Part shown: positions 13,060-26,219 of the stretch, piece by piece
Layout: the number at the start of each line of letters is the position of its first letter
How positions within the stretch are numbered: the stretch's first letter is position 1
From: Octopus vulgaris
Lineage: Eukaryota
Reading direction: 5' to 3'
Length of the DNA: 64,000 bases
Assembly: GCA_951406725.2 (NCBI GenBank)
Contig: OX597834.1
Span: forward strand, 23,932,001-23,996,000
The notes under the pieces: model-generated
Database searches by the model: none
What the model was told of the DNA's origin: nothing
Seen by the model: the letters and a program-made list of their open reading frames with translations, nothing else
Translations under genes and position numbers: made by a program

Positions 13060-13560
13060 TCAAGTAATGACATGCATAAGATCTGGTCATCAAATCTAAG
13101 TAGAGACTTCAAACTTGAAATCTTCAAAGCCACAGTTGAACCAATTCTACTATATGGCTCAGAAACCTGGACGTTATCAAAGAAGCTTGAGAGGCGGTTG
13201 AATGGAACCTACACTCGCCTCCTAATGAGAGCTCAAAATCTCTTGTGGAAGCGTCATCCAACCAAAAGGCAAATATATGGGTAACTACCACCTGTGTCAT
13301 CTCTTGTGAAAGGTAGAAGAGTCCAGTTTGCTGGACATTGTTGTAGAGCTGAAAACGAGGCAATTTCTACTCTTCTTCCCTGGAAGCCATTTACTCGCAA
13401 TACCAGAGGGTGCACACTCTCCTACCCTGATGTAATCTCCAGGGATACAGGCATCCAGCAACAGGACCTCTGTAATGCTATGATGGACTGTGAAGTCTGG
13501 CGTAGCATGGTAAATTCCATTGTCTCGACCACGGTCAAACAATGATGATGATGATGATGA
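13060..13560 (+). mobile_element. RTE-related LINE 3' end (second family)
   Basis: Translation IFKATVEPILLYGSETWTL...RRVQFAGHC with one in-frame stop, then a (tga)n tail. Confidence 0.85.
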
Positions 13561-13932
13561 TTTTGTGAAATAGCAGGAATATTTTATTTATCGGCAGCAG
13601 AGGGGTACCTCATTATTTGGCAGATGGAGAGAGTGGAGTGGGAGAGAAACAATTATATGACAGCTACACGGTAGTTTGAAATCGGATGAGTGTGTGTTAC
13701 TTAGCCGCGTGTGGCACCAAGTGACACCATCGTGCAAATGGTGTCGTTTGTTCCCAATATTCTGTGAAAACTTGTCTGGTCATGGGGAAATATCACCTTG
13801 CTTGCAAACAGGTGAGGGTTGGAGATAGGAGGGCTATCTGATCACTGAAAATCCACCTCAACAAAAATTCTGTCCAACTCATGCAAACATAGAAAAGCAT
13901 ATGTTAAAGCAATGATGGTAGTTACATACATA

Positions 13933-15350
13933 CGAGATGGTATCAAAAAATTCCTGGACCAGTTCTGTAGCATGCCAACAGATGTCAGCACACAATTGCA
14001 TGCACAGTTGTGAGATAGCAGTGACCTTCATGAGGCAGTGTACTGAGTGACACCACTGTGTTTACTTTGCAAGTTGTGAAATCTATGTTTTTGTGACCAC
14101 ATGTATGCTGTAGTCTGCAAATTTTGTCACAGACGGGAAGTCGGAAGAAAGAGCCAACGTGAAATTTTTCAGTTAGGAAATCTGGTACAGAGACATTGAG
14201 CATGCTTCAGCAAGGATATGGTGATGAGGCAATGCGTTGTATGCAAAGTTCCAAGTGGCATGGGTGCTTCAAAAGCGGAAGAACATCCCTGGAAGATGAT
14301 GCACAATCTGGAAGACCTGCCACAAATGTCACTCCCAGAAATCACCATCATCATGCCAGGATGGACAATGGATGTTAAATGATGATGATGGTGATGATAA
14401 TGATGATTTCTGGGGATGACACTTCTGGCAAGATTTCCAGACCGCTCATCATCTTTCAGGGAAAATTCACCAGCTTGTGCATGAGGGTCATCAGAGGTCA
14501 CTCAATAAAATTGCTGATGTTATTAGCCTGTCACTTGGGTCCATACAGGCAACCCTAATGTCTGAATTGAGCATGCAGCATGTCTCTGCTAAGTTTGTCC
14601 CCTGCCAGCTGACCACTGAGCAGAAAGAACATTTGTATTGAAGTCTGTCAAGATCTCCATCAGCGTGCCACTGATGACCTATCCTTCATGTTGAGGATTA
14701 TCACCGGTGATGAGAGCTGGGTTTATGAGTATGACCCTGAGACAAAGCAGTCATCATAATGGAAAAGTACTTCATCTCCATGACTGAAGAAGTCACGACA
14801 GAGCCCATAGCTCAATCAAGAGCATGCTCATTGTTTTTTGTTTTTTTTCAATATCCACAGTATTGTGCATTGAGAATTTGTCACCAAGGGCCAGACTGTC
14901 AATCGACAGATCTACTGTGAGGTTTTTGAGCATTTGAGAGTAGACATTTGGCAAAAGCGACCGGTCCTGAGGAGTATGAAGAATTAGATTCTTCACAGTG
15001 ACAATGCGTCCTGTCACTGAGCCTTCTTCACTCATGAGTTTTTCACCGAAAACATGGTATCACTTCTGCACCCACCCTATTCACCAGATTTAGCATCTGT
15101 GGACTTCCATCTCTTCCCCAAGATGACAAGACAGCTCAAAGGTAGTCATTTTAACACTGTTGTCGAGATGCAGAATGAATTGCTGTTGGTCCTAAACTCA
15201 CTTATGGAAAATGACCTCCAGACCAGATTCCAAAAGTGGCTGAGGCGCTGAGACCAGCGTATAGCTTTGTGACTATTTTGAAGGAGATGATGTTAAAACT
15301 TAGCTAAATAAGTTAATTTTTATTAAACATGACTAGTCTGGGAACATACG
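13933..15350 (+). mobile_element. Mariner (DD34D-type) transposon, decayed
   Basis: TA then TIR cgagatggtatcaaaaaattcctggaccagt. Transposase motifs SLEDDAQSGRP, SAKFVP, IITGDESW, HSDNA and HPPYSPDLASVDFHLF occur in shifting frames. The right TIR is partial at 15332-15345. Confidence 0.9.
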
Positions 15351-15614
15351 TACATACATACAGACAGAAATTTTTCAAGAAAAATAACTTTAACTTTGAA
15401 GTACTCTCTTGAGGAGAGAGTATTCTCTACCAAAGTAAGTAAAAAACCCATCAGATATGGTATTAAAAGGTGACAGTAAGGGCATGTGGTCATAAAAATA
15501 TATTACCTCAAATATATCTCCAGCCAACTCATATTAGTATGGTAAAACAAATGAACAAAGCAACAAACTATCCATCTACTATATGTATATGCACATATAT
15601 ATATATGTGTATAT

Positions 15615-15838
15615 ATAATGGGAAGCTTTACGAAAATAAACAAAAGATGAAGGCAGGTGGAGTACAAACAAGCAAATGTATTAGTATGGCGCTCAGGAAT
15701 AGAAATAGAACAAGTCTTTTACGTTTCGAGCCTACGCTCTTTGACAGAAAGATACACAGAAAAGAAACAAGGAGAAAAACAAGGAGAGAAAAGAAACAAG
15801 GAGAAAGGAGAAAAACAAGGAGAGAAAAAAAATGCGTA
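15615..15838 (-). mobile_element. Penelope-type terminal-repeat fragment with hammerhead-like motif
   Basis: Flanked by (TA)n. Minus strand reads tcttt-CTGTCAA-a-gagc(gtag)gctc-GAAAC-GTA-aaaga. Confidence 0.6.
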
Positions 15839-15907
15839 TATATATATATATCATAGACAAGTTAAAGTAATGGTCATTACATATAATTCCTTTATTATAG
15901 CAAATTT

Positions 15908-16019
15908 GGCTGACACCTGTTTCCATCAGTCATTATTGATAGGTTTACTCAATTAGTCTATTGATCAATTGAGGTAAATTGAAAAACCGAAGAAAATTAA
16001 TGATACTTTCATCAGAGCC
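15908..16019 (-). ncRNA. Hammerhead ribozyme-like motif with intact core and long stem II
   Basis: Minus strand reads ggct-CTGATGA-[~85 nt, partly self-complementary]-GAAAC-aggt-GTC-agcc. Confidence 0.6.
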
Positions 16020-16061
16020 CTTGCTGGAAATAACAAACAGAATGGCTACTGTATAAATCCT

Positions 16062-16102
<41 letters not shown>

Positions 16103-17137
16103 GCATATGCATGTATAGCAGTAATGGATGAGAGGATCTGATGAGTATAAACAAGGCTAATAGGTTGATATATAACTGACCTTGAAATAGTGAAATTTTC
16201 ACGCACCAACTCACATGGCCGGATTAGATCCTATAGTCCAGTAGATGTGTCTGAAACAAACAAGAAACATAGAATGTGAGTAGGAGCATATATATATATA
16301 TATCTATGAAAATCTATCTATCAATCAATCCTCTCAGTTTCTTATACAAGTTCTGTATTTCACAGTCATACAAATTATTAAGTGTGTTGCTTTATCTGAC
16401 ATTTTAGGCATACCACAATTAGCTGGATCCTGATGGCCATATTCCTATTACAATGACCTGTAAAAGGAGGTTGTTTCTTAACACAAACATACAGAACAAA
16501 CGCTGCAAGACATCTTGTCCAATTGCCCCACAATTTCACTGATCCACCTCTCTGGGCTGGTATTTCATTGACCCCAAGTGGATGAAAGATAAAGTTGGCC
16601 TCGGCAGGATTTGATCTCAGAGTAGTGAGAGTTGAAACAGATACCATGAGGTGTTCTGTCCAACACTAACCTCTCTGCTAATTCAATTCTGAGCATATGT
16701 TCATGAGCAAGTGTGTGTGTGCATGTGTACAAGTGTGTGTGTGTGTGTGTTCCACAACACACAAATAGAACACATGAATTAATTATAGTTTAATAAAGTT
16801 GTTTCTAAAGTGGGTGATGGAAAGAGCCAGGGGAAGCATCGACCTAAAGAGGGTGATGGATATCAGTACCCTCTGTATTTTTCAATAGTACACTCAGGTT
16901 TAGAAAATAGTGTTTAAAAATCAATATGAAAATGTTGCTTGATTGTTTGAAAAGAAAAAAACAGAGAACAAAAATAAATTTTTAAAAAACCCAAAGTTTA
17001 CTGACAAAGCTGGTCATAAAATTCCCAAGAGTATTATCAAGAAAGAGGAAATAAGGTACAGAACAAAAGACAGCAACAGCAATAATGACAAGAACAAAAT
17101 AGAAAAAAAATATACACACATATTTACACACACAACT

Positions 17138-17325
17138 GTGCCGTTGGCACGTAAAAAGCACCCACTACACTCATGGAGTGGTTGACGTTAGGAAGGGCAT
17201 CCAGCCATAGAAACATTGCCAGATCAGACTGGGCCTGGTGCAGCCTTCTGGCTTCCCAGACCCCAGTTGAACCGTCCAACCCATGCCAGCATGGAAAGCG
17301 GACGCTAAACGATGATGATGATGAA
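17138..17325 (+). mobile_element. RTE-family tail copy
   Basis: ggaagggcatccagcc...ggacgctaaac followed by (gat)n. Confidence 0.85.
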
Positions 17326-18754
17326 GTGAATGTGTGTACTTAGATATCTATGTTCTTGTTTTAACACTGTACCAGACAGTGGTCTCCAGGAAGTCTTTTC
17401 TAGGGACTTGCTCTAGGTACCACTTATCACCTTCTTTGATACCAATGTCAATGCATGTATATATAAGTGTGCTTGTATGTGAATATATACAAGAGATTAC
17501 CCAAAAGAAACTGGAAATGTTGTTTCCACATTTCAAAACACTCTCCTGCTTTTTTAAATGTCTACCTATTCCCCTCATTATCCCTTTGGAACTTAAGTTG
17601 CAACTTATTTTGTATTTTTCATCATTTTGGAACAATTATTATTTGTAATTTTATAGAAAAACATTTGGGGAAAGCTAATCATTCATAAATCAAATATCTC
17701 CATTTGTTTTTTGGGGAGCGGGATTTTAATTGTGAAGAGGTGGAAGTATGAAATTTTTCTCTAAATTACAAGTGTTTCAAAATGTGGAATGCTGCAACAT
17801 CTTATAATAATTCTGTTTGTCATTATGTTACTTAGGCTGTCGGTAATGCTTTCACATGATTAGAGAAAAAAAAAAGGCAGAGAGAAGTATCCATGAAGTG
17901 AGATAGAGGGAATGTAATTGTAATGCTTTCACGTGAGTAGTTGAAAGGAAAAGGAGGAGAAACAAAAAGGAGAGAGAAAGAGGAAGAGAGAAGTGTCCAT
18001 GATGTGAGGTAGAGGGAATGTAATATTCCTTATGTGGTTTAAAAGGTTAGTTGAAGGTAGTGATGGTATAGAGAAGGAGAGTTAAAAATATAATTTTAGC
18101 AGAGGGGTGAAAGATGGTGGTGCTTGGATAGTGAAAGTGTATTTTTTAAAAATTGAACCAAGTTTTTTTTTATATTACCTATCATTTAATGCATGTGTAA
18201 TAAGTGCAATTCCATGAAACATTCACATTTATTTATGTGGTTGTATCCGGTTGTATTTCAGGTTTTATCAGGTTGTATATATGTGGTTGTATAAAGGTTG
18301 TATCATATGTACAGGATATTTTTTTGTTTATGGGGAAAATGGAAAAAATAAGAGTGAATACTTCTATAAAATTGTGCATAAAGTATATCAAGTGTATTTA
18401 CAAAGTGCATTAAGTACTCATCATACTCCAGTTTTTTTGTCCTTTTCAATGAGTAGCAGATGAGCAACTATCTTTCCATACAGACACAACACAGGTTATG
18501 CTGTCACGTTTTTGGATTAAGTTTTCAGAAATAAGGTTTACCATTAATTACGTGAAATATTACAGGTTCTGCTAGTTGGAGATAAATTGTACAACATACT
18601 ACAACTACCAAATTTAGCTTTAGGAGAGTACCTTTCACCAAGCAATAAAAGTATGCATTATCAAAGATTAATGTTTGGTTCAAGAGCTCTTATTTGTATG
18701 TAATGCATGCATGCATGCATGCATGTATGTATGTATCTATGCATACATACATAC

Positions 18755-19150
18755 ATGGTTTGACTGTGTTGGCACGCTGGAAAGCTGTGCTAGAATTCAG
18801 TCTGATTTAGCATGGTTTTCTACAGTTGGATGCCCTTCTTAATGCTAACCACTCTGAGAGTGTAATGGGTGCTTTTACATGCCAGCGGTAACTGCCATGA
18901 CTTCAATTTTGTTCAGCTTGATGGGTCTTCTCAAGCATGACATAATGCCAAAGGTCTTGGTCATTGCCTCCATGAGGCCCAACACTAAAAAGGAGCTTGG
19001 CCACTTTGCCACCATGAGGCCCAATGCTCGAAAGGAACTCAGCCATCTCGCCTCCATAAGGCCCATTTGAAAAGAACTCAGCCACCTTGCCTCCATAAGG
19101 CCCATTTGAAAGGTACTCAACCACTTTGCCTCCATGAGGCCCAATGTTCT
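18755..19150 (-). mobile_element. RTE-family 3' end with ~40-bp internal tandem repeats
   Basis: ggatgcccttc motif, the VMLEKT ORF end, and gcctccatgaggccca units. Confidence 0.75.
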
Positions 19151-19345
19151 ATGTTGAAAATTATAATCAATTTCAGGAATTTGAGAGTAGGTCCTCCACA
19201 AGTCCCTGAAAATTGTGGTTCCTGGAAGAATCGCCAAACATATGCATTCCTCTAGTGTGTTGCGATTCCGACATAGCATTGCATAAAGATAAACAAACCT
19301 CATCTTGCAACACACTCCTCTGAAAAGCCACCACTGAGGTAGCAC
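19150..19345 (-). mobile_element. Merlin/IS1016-like transposase fragment
   Basis: WLFRGV...RNRNTLEECI..AILPGTTIFRDLWRTYSQI....NFQHRT resembles the Merlin pattern WVFGG..R..TL...I.PGT.I.SD.W.AY...H.TV. Confidence 0.65.
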
Positions 19346-19370
19346 TCTTCATCGGATGTATTTAGATCTT

Positions 19371-19601
19371 TAAGGTGGTGAGTTGGAAGAAATGTTAGCA
19401 TGCGAAATGCTTAGCGGTATTTCGTCTGCCACTTACGTTGTGAGTTCAAATTCTGCCAAGGTCGACTTTGCCTTTCATCCTTTCAGGATCGATTAAATAA
19501 GTATCAGTTACACACTGGGGTCGATATAATCGACTTAATCCGTTTGTCCGTCCTTGTTTGTCCTCTCTGTGTTTGTCCCCTTGTGGGTAGTAAAGAAATA
19601 G
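19371..19601 (+). mobile_element. SINE family B with 13-bp TSD
   Basis: TSD gtatttagatctt at 19358-19370 and 19602-19614. Confidence 0.9.
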
Positions 19602-19859
19602 GTATTTAGATCTTGAGAAGACCGTTTCCTCTATCTCAACAACCTTCCCAAAGCAGACTATACCTTGGCTTGTTACTCGGGGAAACAGTCACCAATGTGT
19701 CTGTGGCTTTTGATTTGCTAACATTAGCCAAAATTTGCAAAGTTGAAAAGCTATTAACTTTTTATTTATTAACTTATGGCATAAATTAATTTCATTTCCA
19801 TAATTAGCATACAAAACTACATCAATGCACCAAATTTGAAATCAACTGGAACAAAACTA

Positions 19860-20010
19860 AAGGAAAAGATTCCAATACATATTGCTTGATTACATGCAGA
19901 AAGCTCCTTTAGGTATGCAATTTTGCATTTGCTGTTGCTTTGAAGGAGGCTTCTGATATTTATTAATAGAATTGGTGTGATGGTCAGCTTAGTGGCAGCA
20001 GGATTCACCT
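19860..20010 (-). mobile_element. Probable LINE endonuclease N-terminal fragment
   Basis: ILLINIRSL....KIAYLKEL....AICIGI resembles the first motif of an APE domain. Confidence 0.4.
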
Positions 20011-20059
20011 CCTTGCCATATCTCTAGAAAGAGTTAGAAGTGTTGTTGGGGAATTTCTG

Positions 20060-20270
20060 TTACTTCACAAGCCCCAATTTCTGGCCTTCTAATTCTCTCA
20101 ATTGTAAGGCTATGGATTACTATGCGTGGGTGCCACTGAGAAAGACATCAACCACTTTTTGGCCAAGATCAAGGAAGTGTTCAAAGATTTTCCCAGGCAT
20201 ACGGTGAAGGACGTATGCACCAAGTCCTGGAGTTGTCTTGAGGCCATGGTGGAAGCTGAGAGCAGCTACT
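20060..20270 (+). mobile_element. Tc1/mariner-superfamily transposase C-terminal fragment
   Basis: FWPSNSLNCKAMDYYAW (WPPxSPDxNPxDYxxW-like), then LEAMVEAE. Confidence 0.65.
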
Positions 20271-20349
20271 GTTATCTCCCAGCCATAATCTTGTCAATAT
20301 CGCAAAATTTAGCTCAAACATAGTGTGTAATACATAGTGTGTAATACAT

Positions 20350-20720
20350 ATACTCACAGAACTTCAGTCATGCCATGCTAGCATCTCTTAGTGGATTTCT
20401 CAAGTACTGAGTATTGGCTAATCAGCCTTCATCATCCCATCCCATTCTTTCCACAAGTTCCATCTTCTGTAAACATTCAGTACTTCTGCACAAACCCATC
20501 CTCCTCCTCCATATGCATCACATGTCCATACCAATGCAGTTTCTGAACACATCTATACTGTTGTTCATGCACATTTAAATTGCACATCCAGCAGACCATG
20601 TTAGCTTTATTTCTTTCTAGCCTTCATACATCATCTGTTCACCACCATGTAACACTATCGTTCACACATAGCCATCATAAGTCTACCTTTCACTCTGAAA
20701 GAGAAACCTTTCATTACGAA
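20350..20720 (-). mobile_element. Degenerate RTE LINE fragment
   Basis: Reverse complement encodes LHWYGHVMHMEEE, homologous to 1640-1690. Confidence 0.65.
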
Positions 20721-21047
20721 AAGTGGTTCATCATGCAATATATATATATATATATATATACATATATACATAAATATATATACATATACATAAATATATA
20801 TACATATACATAAATATATATATATACATAAATATATATATATATATACATAAATATATATATATATACATAAATATATATATATATATACATAAAAATA
20901 TATATATACATACATAAATATATATATATACATACATAAATATATATATATACATAAATATATATATATATATACATAAAAATATATATACATAAAAATA
21001 TATATACATAAAAATATATATACATAAATATAAATATATATATATAC

Positions 21048-22225
21048 ATTTCGGAATGGTCATATTGCCAGTTTAGCCAATAAAAACACACGCACTATAT
21101 ATTTGGTGTTATTTTGCTTCAGTGATATTTATTTTTTACATTAATCTTAATCTTATTTCGGCCAAAGTTCTGTGGTCTATAGTATAAGATGTATAGAGGG
21201 ACGATGCAGTAACAAGACAGTAACATACGTAGGGGAAACTGCAAGAAGCATTGGTGAGCGGGTGAATGAACATTGGAGACAACTCAAGGAAGGTAAAAGC
21301 TCATCGATTCTGTACCAACACGCCGAACAAGAACACGGGGGATCAATCAATAACATAGAGATTAAGATATTGTCCACACATAGAACAGATGCAACAATTA
21401 GACAAATTACAGAAGCTACACATATAATAGAAAATAAACCTAGCCTGAATAGAAAACTAGAATGGAGCAATAGCGCACACCACAACATATGACAATAGTG
21501 GATCCTGCAAACATAATAAATACACAGGTAATTAAAGAAATAGAAATGAATATCTATATATATGTATATGTGTATATATATGTATATGTATATGTGTATA
21601 TATGTGTGTATATATGTATATATATATATATGTATATGTATGTATATATATATATATGTATATGTATATTCTTTTTTTTTTTTTTTTTTCTCGATTAGAT
21701 TTATTATTATTATTACTAATATTGTTGTTATACATACATACAAGCATATGTAATGATAATAATGGGTGGATGTAAACACATGAACAAAATTAGAACAAAA
21801 GCAACAACAACAAAAACAAAATACAAATTACAAGAATGTATATAACCAGAAGATACAAATATTACAGGCATCCCCCCCACACACACACTAAATAAACATA
21901 GACGCACATAGAGATATAAGCATGCGCAAATGAAGACATACAATAGAAATACAAAATGGCTGACGGTTAGTAAGGAGAGACACAAGTAAGTGAGAAGAAA
22001 ACAAAGGACCACTGATGCGGTCACAGGAGTGTGACGAAAGAACTTTGGCCGAAATAAGATTAAGATTAATGTAAAAAATAAATATCACTGAAGCAAAATA
22101 ACACCAAATATATAGTGCGTGTGTTTTTATTGGCTAAACTGGCAATATGACCATTCCGAAATATAACAATATCTGTTTCAACATACGACTTCACATAAAA
22201 AATCTTGCACAACAAATATTTAAAC
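21048..22225 (+). mobile_element. 5'-truncated Penelope-like element with inverted partial terminal repeat
   Basis: GIY-YIG fragment at 21172-21490, perfect 124-bp inverted repeat 21048-21171 / 22039-22162, hammerhead-like motif at 22006-22050. Embedded in a (TA)n-cataaa array. Confidence 0.85.
21172..21492 (+). pseudogene. Penelope GIY-YIG endonuclease C-terminal fragment
   Basis: VYSIRC....C......[16 protein letters not shown]...LYQHAEQEH...RQITEA...PSLNRKLEW. It has the GIY/YIG equivalents, catalytic R/E/N and a CCHH motif, but no true start codon. Confidence 0.85.
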
Positions 22226-22226
22226 G

Positions 22227-22572
<346 letters not shown>

Positions 22573-23344
22573 CATCATTATCATTTAATGTCCATCTTTC
22601 ATGCATGCAAGTATAAATGCATTTATACTTTATATATGTGTGTGTATACACACGCATACACAGTGAAAGAGAGAGAGAGAGAGTAAGAAATACCAGCAAC
22701 ATATAACCATTGAGGATTATCCATGGATTTATGGATTAGAGCTAAAATGACTTAAGAGGATTGTGTCAAAATCTGAAACTACACAGGATGTGGTGGGAGG
22801 AATGGGAAATGGAGAAAGTTTGTCTGTCTAATTATAAGTAGGGCTAGAGTGTGTAAATGTGTGTATATATTTAGAAGTAGGATAGAACATGAGTGTGTGT
22901 ACACAAGTAGGCTATAATGTGCATATATGAACAAGGTTACAGTGTGTGTGTGTGTGTATGTGTATGTGTGTATACATAAGTAAGATTTAGTGTTTATAAG
23001 TGGGCTACAGCATGTATGTATATGCAAGTAGGTTAGTGTGTGTGTGTGTACAAAAGTGACTCTAGTGTGTGTCAAGTGGTTACAGTGTGTATATTTCGGT
23101 TACAGCTTCTTAAGATTGGAGGAAGTGCCAGTGCCCGTGACCTTTGTAGACCTTCCAAGACCAGTGAAACAGATATGTCATCAATGTCGTAAGAAAGACA
23201 TGATAAACAAGGAGGTTCCAGAGGGATGGAGGAGCAGTTGGAAGGGGGTGCCTCAGTGGTGGGGAATCAAGACTGGTGGGTGGGTGTGAGGGGGGGAGAT
23301 AGATAGATAGGCAGTTATGTGCATGTGTGTATATATATATCTTT

Positions 23345-24001
23345 TATCTTCTACTTGTTTCAGTCATTAGACTGCAGCCATGCTGGGGCACCACCTTGGA
23401 AATCTTTAGTCGAATGATTCAACTGCAGTACTTATTATATTAAGCCTGGTACTTATTCTGTTGGTCTCTTTTGCTGAACCACTAAGTTACAGGGATGTAA
23501 ACATACCAGCACCAGTTGTCAAGAAGTGGTGGGGGGCAAACACAGACACAAAGACACACACACTTAGATATAAGCATGGCTGTGTGGTAAGACCTTGCTT
23601 CCCAACCACATGGTTCCAGGTTCAGTCTCACTGTGGCACTTTGGGCCAGTGTCTTCTATTATAGCCTCAGGCTAACTAAAGCCTTGTGAACGGATTTGGT
23701 AGATGGAAACTGAAAGAAGCCTGTCACATATATATATATGTTATTATTTACGTGTGTGTCTTTGTGGTGCTTGTTCCCCCCCCCCACTATCACTTGACAA
23801 CCAATGCAGGTGTGTTTATATCCCCTGTAATTTAGTGGTTCAGCAAAAGAGACTGATAAAATAAGTACTAGATTTACAAAGAATAGGTCCTGGGATCAAT
23901 TTCTTGTAATATACAAATAAATATCTGTAAATATAAAACCATCCGAATTTCTGAGTACCTCATTTCTTCTAATATAAAATACCTGTACATCATCTCTAAA
24001 C

Positions 24002-24042
<41 letters not shown>

Positions 24043-24359
24043 ATATGTCCTGTACCCATATATACATGTAGATGTAGGTATGTACATATATGTATGTATA
24101 TATGCATATGTTTTATTTATTAATTTGTTATTATATGACGGAATGCACGCATCCATTTCTAAGTAAGTTGTTTCTATATATATATATATACATACATACA
24201 ATGGGCTTCTTTCATTTTCTGTCTGCCAAATCTACTCATAAGACTTTGGTCAACCCAAGGATATAGTAGAAGACACTTGCTCAAGGTACTACGCAGTGGG
24301 ACTGAAGCCAGAACCATATGGCTGGGAAGCAAGCTTCTTACCACACAGCCATGCCTGCA

Positions 24360-24360
<1 letters not shown>
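23345..24360. mobile_element. Cluster of three SINE A pieces (-, +, -)
   Basis: 23345-23560 is a minus 3' half, 23572-23900 is plus, 24200-24360 is a minus 5' half. Confidence 0.8.
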
Positions 24361-24414
<54 letters not shown>

Positions 24415-25477
24415 ATATATAAATGCTGAAGCACATATTTAGATAAATGTGTTGTGAGTGTATGCAAGTTTGTGATAAGTGAATGAGGTGAGTCTATGTA
24501 TTTGGGTGTATAAAGTGTGTACATGAAAAGGTGCAGGCGTGTATGCATAGGAGTATGTAGGCGGATTCATGCAACTGCATATGTATGACCATGTGAATGC
24601 GTACAAGTGCATTCAGGTGTTGGATGCAAGTTTCTAAGCATGGAATTGTATGCAAGTATATATACTGATGTGCGCATGTGAAAGTATACAAGTGTGTAGA
24701 GATATTTACACAATTATATAGGTATGTAGATGCAAGAATGTGCGCGTGTTTTTGTGCTCATGAGTATGTGTATGAGTAAATGTGCAGGTGTGTGCATATA
24801 TGTATGTGTAGATGTGGTTGTATGATGCAATGAAATACACTAGTGGAACAGAAGAATCTAAGTGCAACAAACAGTACAAGAGGATAACATATAAAACAAA
24901 AGAGAAGCAGGAAGAACACAATCTGATGTGAGTGATTTGAGAGATGCATGCAGTCAAGATGCAGTTAATATGAAATGCAGCTGTACAGTTAGTCTGCAGA
25001 AAATTACACAATTTCCTGAGCTCTTTCACAATAGCTGTGGACTCCAGATAACCTTTTTATAGACAGACAATACTGTGTGTGTGTGTGTGTTTTTTTTTTA
25101 ATATATACACTGAAACAGAACAGCAGAGTATTGTAATCCCAAAAGCATACACTGATGCAGTAAAAAAAAAAAAATTAACCACAACCACTACTACTACAAC
25201 CAAAACTATGGTCACCACAACTACCACTGACTGCCTTTACCACCAAAACCATTACCATTATCACCACCAGAAGAACAACAATAGCAATCACCATCGGCAA
25301 AAGAACTAACCACAACAATAAGAACAACGCTGACAATAAAGAGGAAACCATTATGTAGTTGTTTGATTTATTAAAAACAGCAGCTAAACCAGCAGTGAAT
25401 CACAGTACTTTTTTAAAATGTGAGACATTGACTAATGTAGTCCATATAGTCTGGGTTGCTGTATTTGGAGCAGACCA

Positions 25478-25660
25478 AGGGTTCTAAACCAGGGTCCATA
25501 TAATATTTTTAGGGGTCCACACAAGCAAAATAGTAAATTGGTGATCCACAATAGTATTTTAAGGATCCATGAAAATATTTTGCTTTAGATGCATTTATTG
25601 AAAGAAACAGCTTGGTTTCCTTCTCTGGCATTATACAGAATTCAAACTACACAAGTGAAG
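25478..25660. mobile_element. End of the hAT-like element seen at 7130-7910, opposite orientation
   Basis: gggtccacacaagcaaaatagtaaattgg matches the reverse complement of the triplicated unit. Confidence 0.6.
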
Positions 25661-25722
25661 GTATCATCGTCATTTTATTACTTTTTGATGAAGTGTACAA
25701 GCAGTTATTTTGTTATTGTATG

Positions 25723-25767
<45 letters not shown>

Positions 25768-25886
25768 GGCGCAGGAGTGGCTGTGTGGTAAGTAGCTTGC
25801 TTACAAACCACATGGTTCCAGGTAGTCTTGGGCCGACCAAACCCTTGTGAGTGGATTTGGTAGACAGAAACTGAAAGAAGCCTGTC

Positions 25887-25944
<58 letters not shown>

Positions 25945-26152
25945 ATGTTTGTGTGTCTGTGTTTGTCCCCCCAACATCATCGCTTGACAACTGATGGTGG
26001 TGTGTTTATGTCCTTGTAACTTAGCGGTTTGGCAAAAGAATCCGATAGAATAAGTACTAGGCTTACAAAGAATAAGTCCTGGTGTCGATTTGCTCAACTA
26101 AAAATGGTTCTTCAGCATGGCCACAGTCAAATGACTGAAAGAAGTAAAAGAG
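25768..26152 (+). mobile_element. SINE A with small internal deletion
   Basis: Head and tail match 3268-3690. Confidence 0.85.
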
Positions 26153-26157
26153 AATAT

Positions 26158-26191
<34 letters not shown>

Positions 26192-26219
26192 GTAATTGAA
26201 AAAAATTAATATATATATA

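Noticed and set aside
24907-24993. PHD-like spacing CTAAFHINC...CSSC after a minus-strand acceptor
   Set aside because: There is no convincing donor, no conserved Trp and no upstream exon supplying the first cysteines. Cys/His are over-represented in TG/CA-rich DNA.
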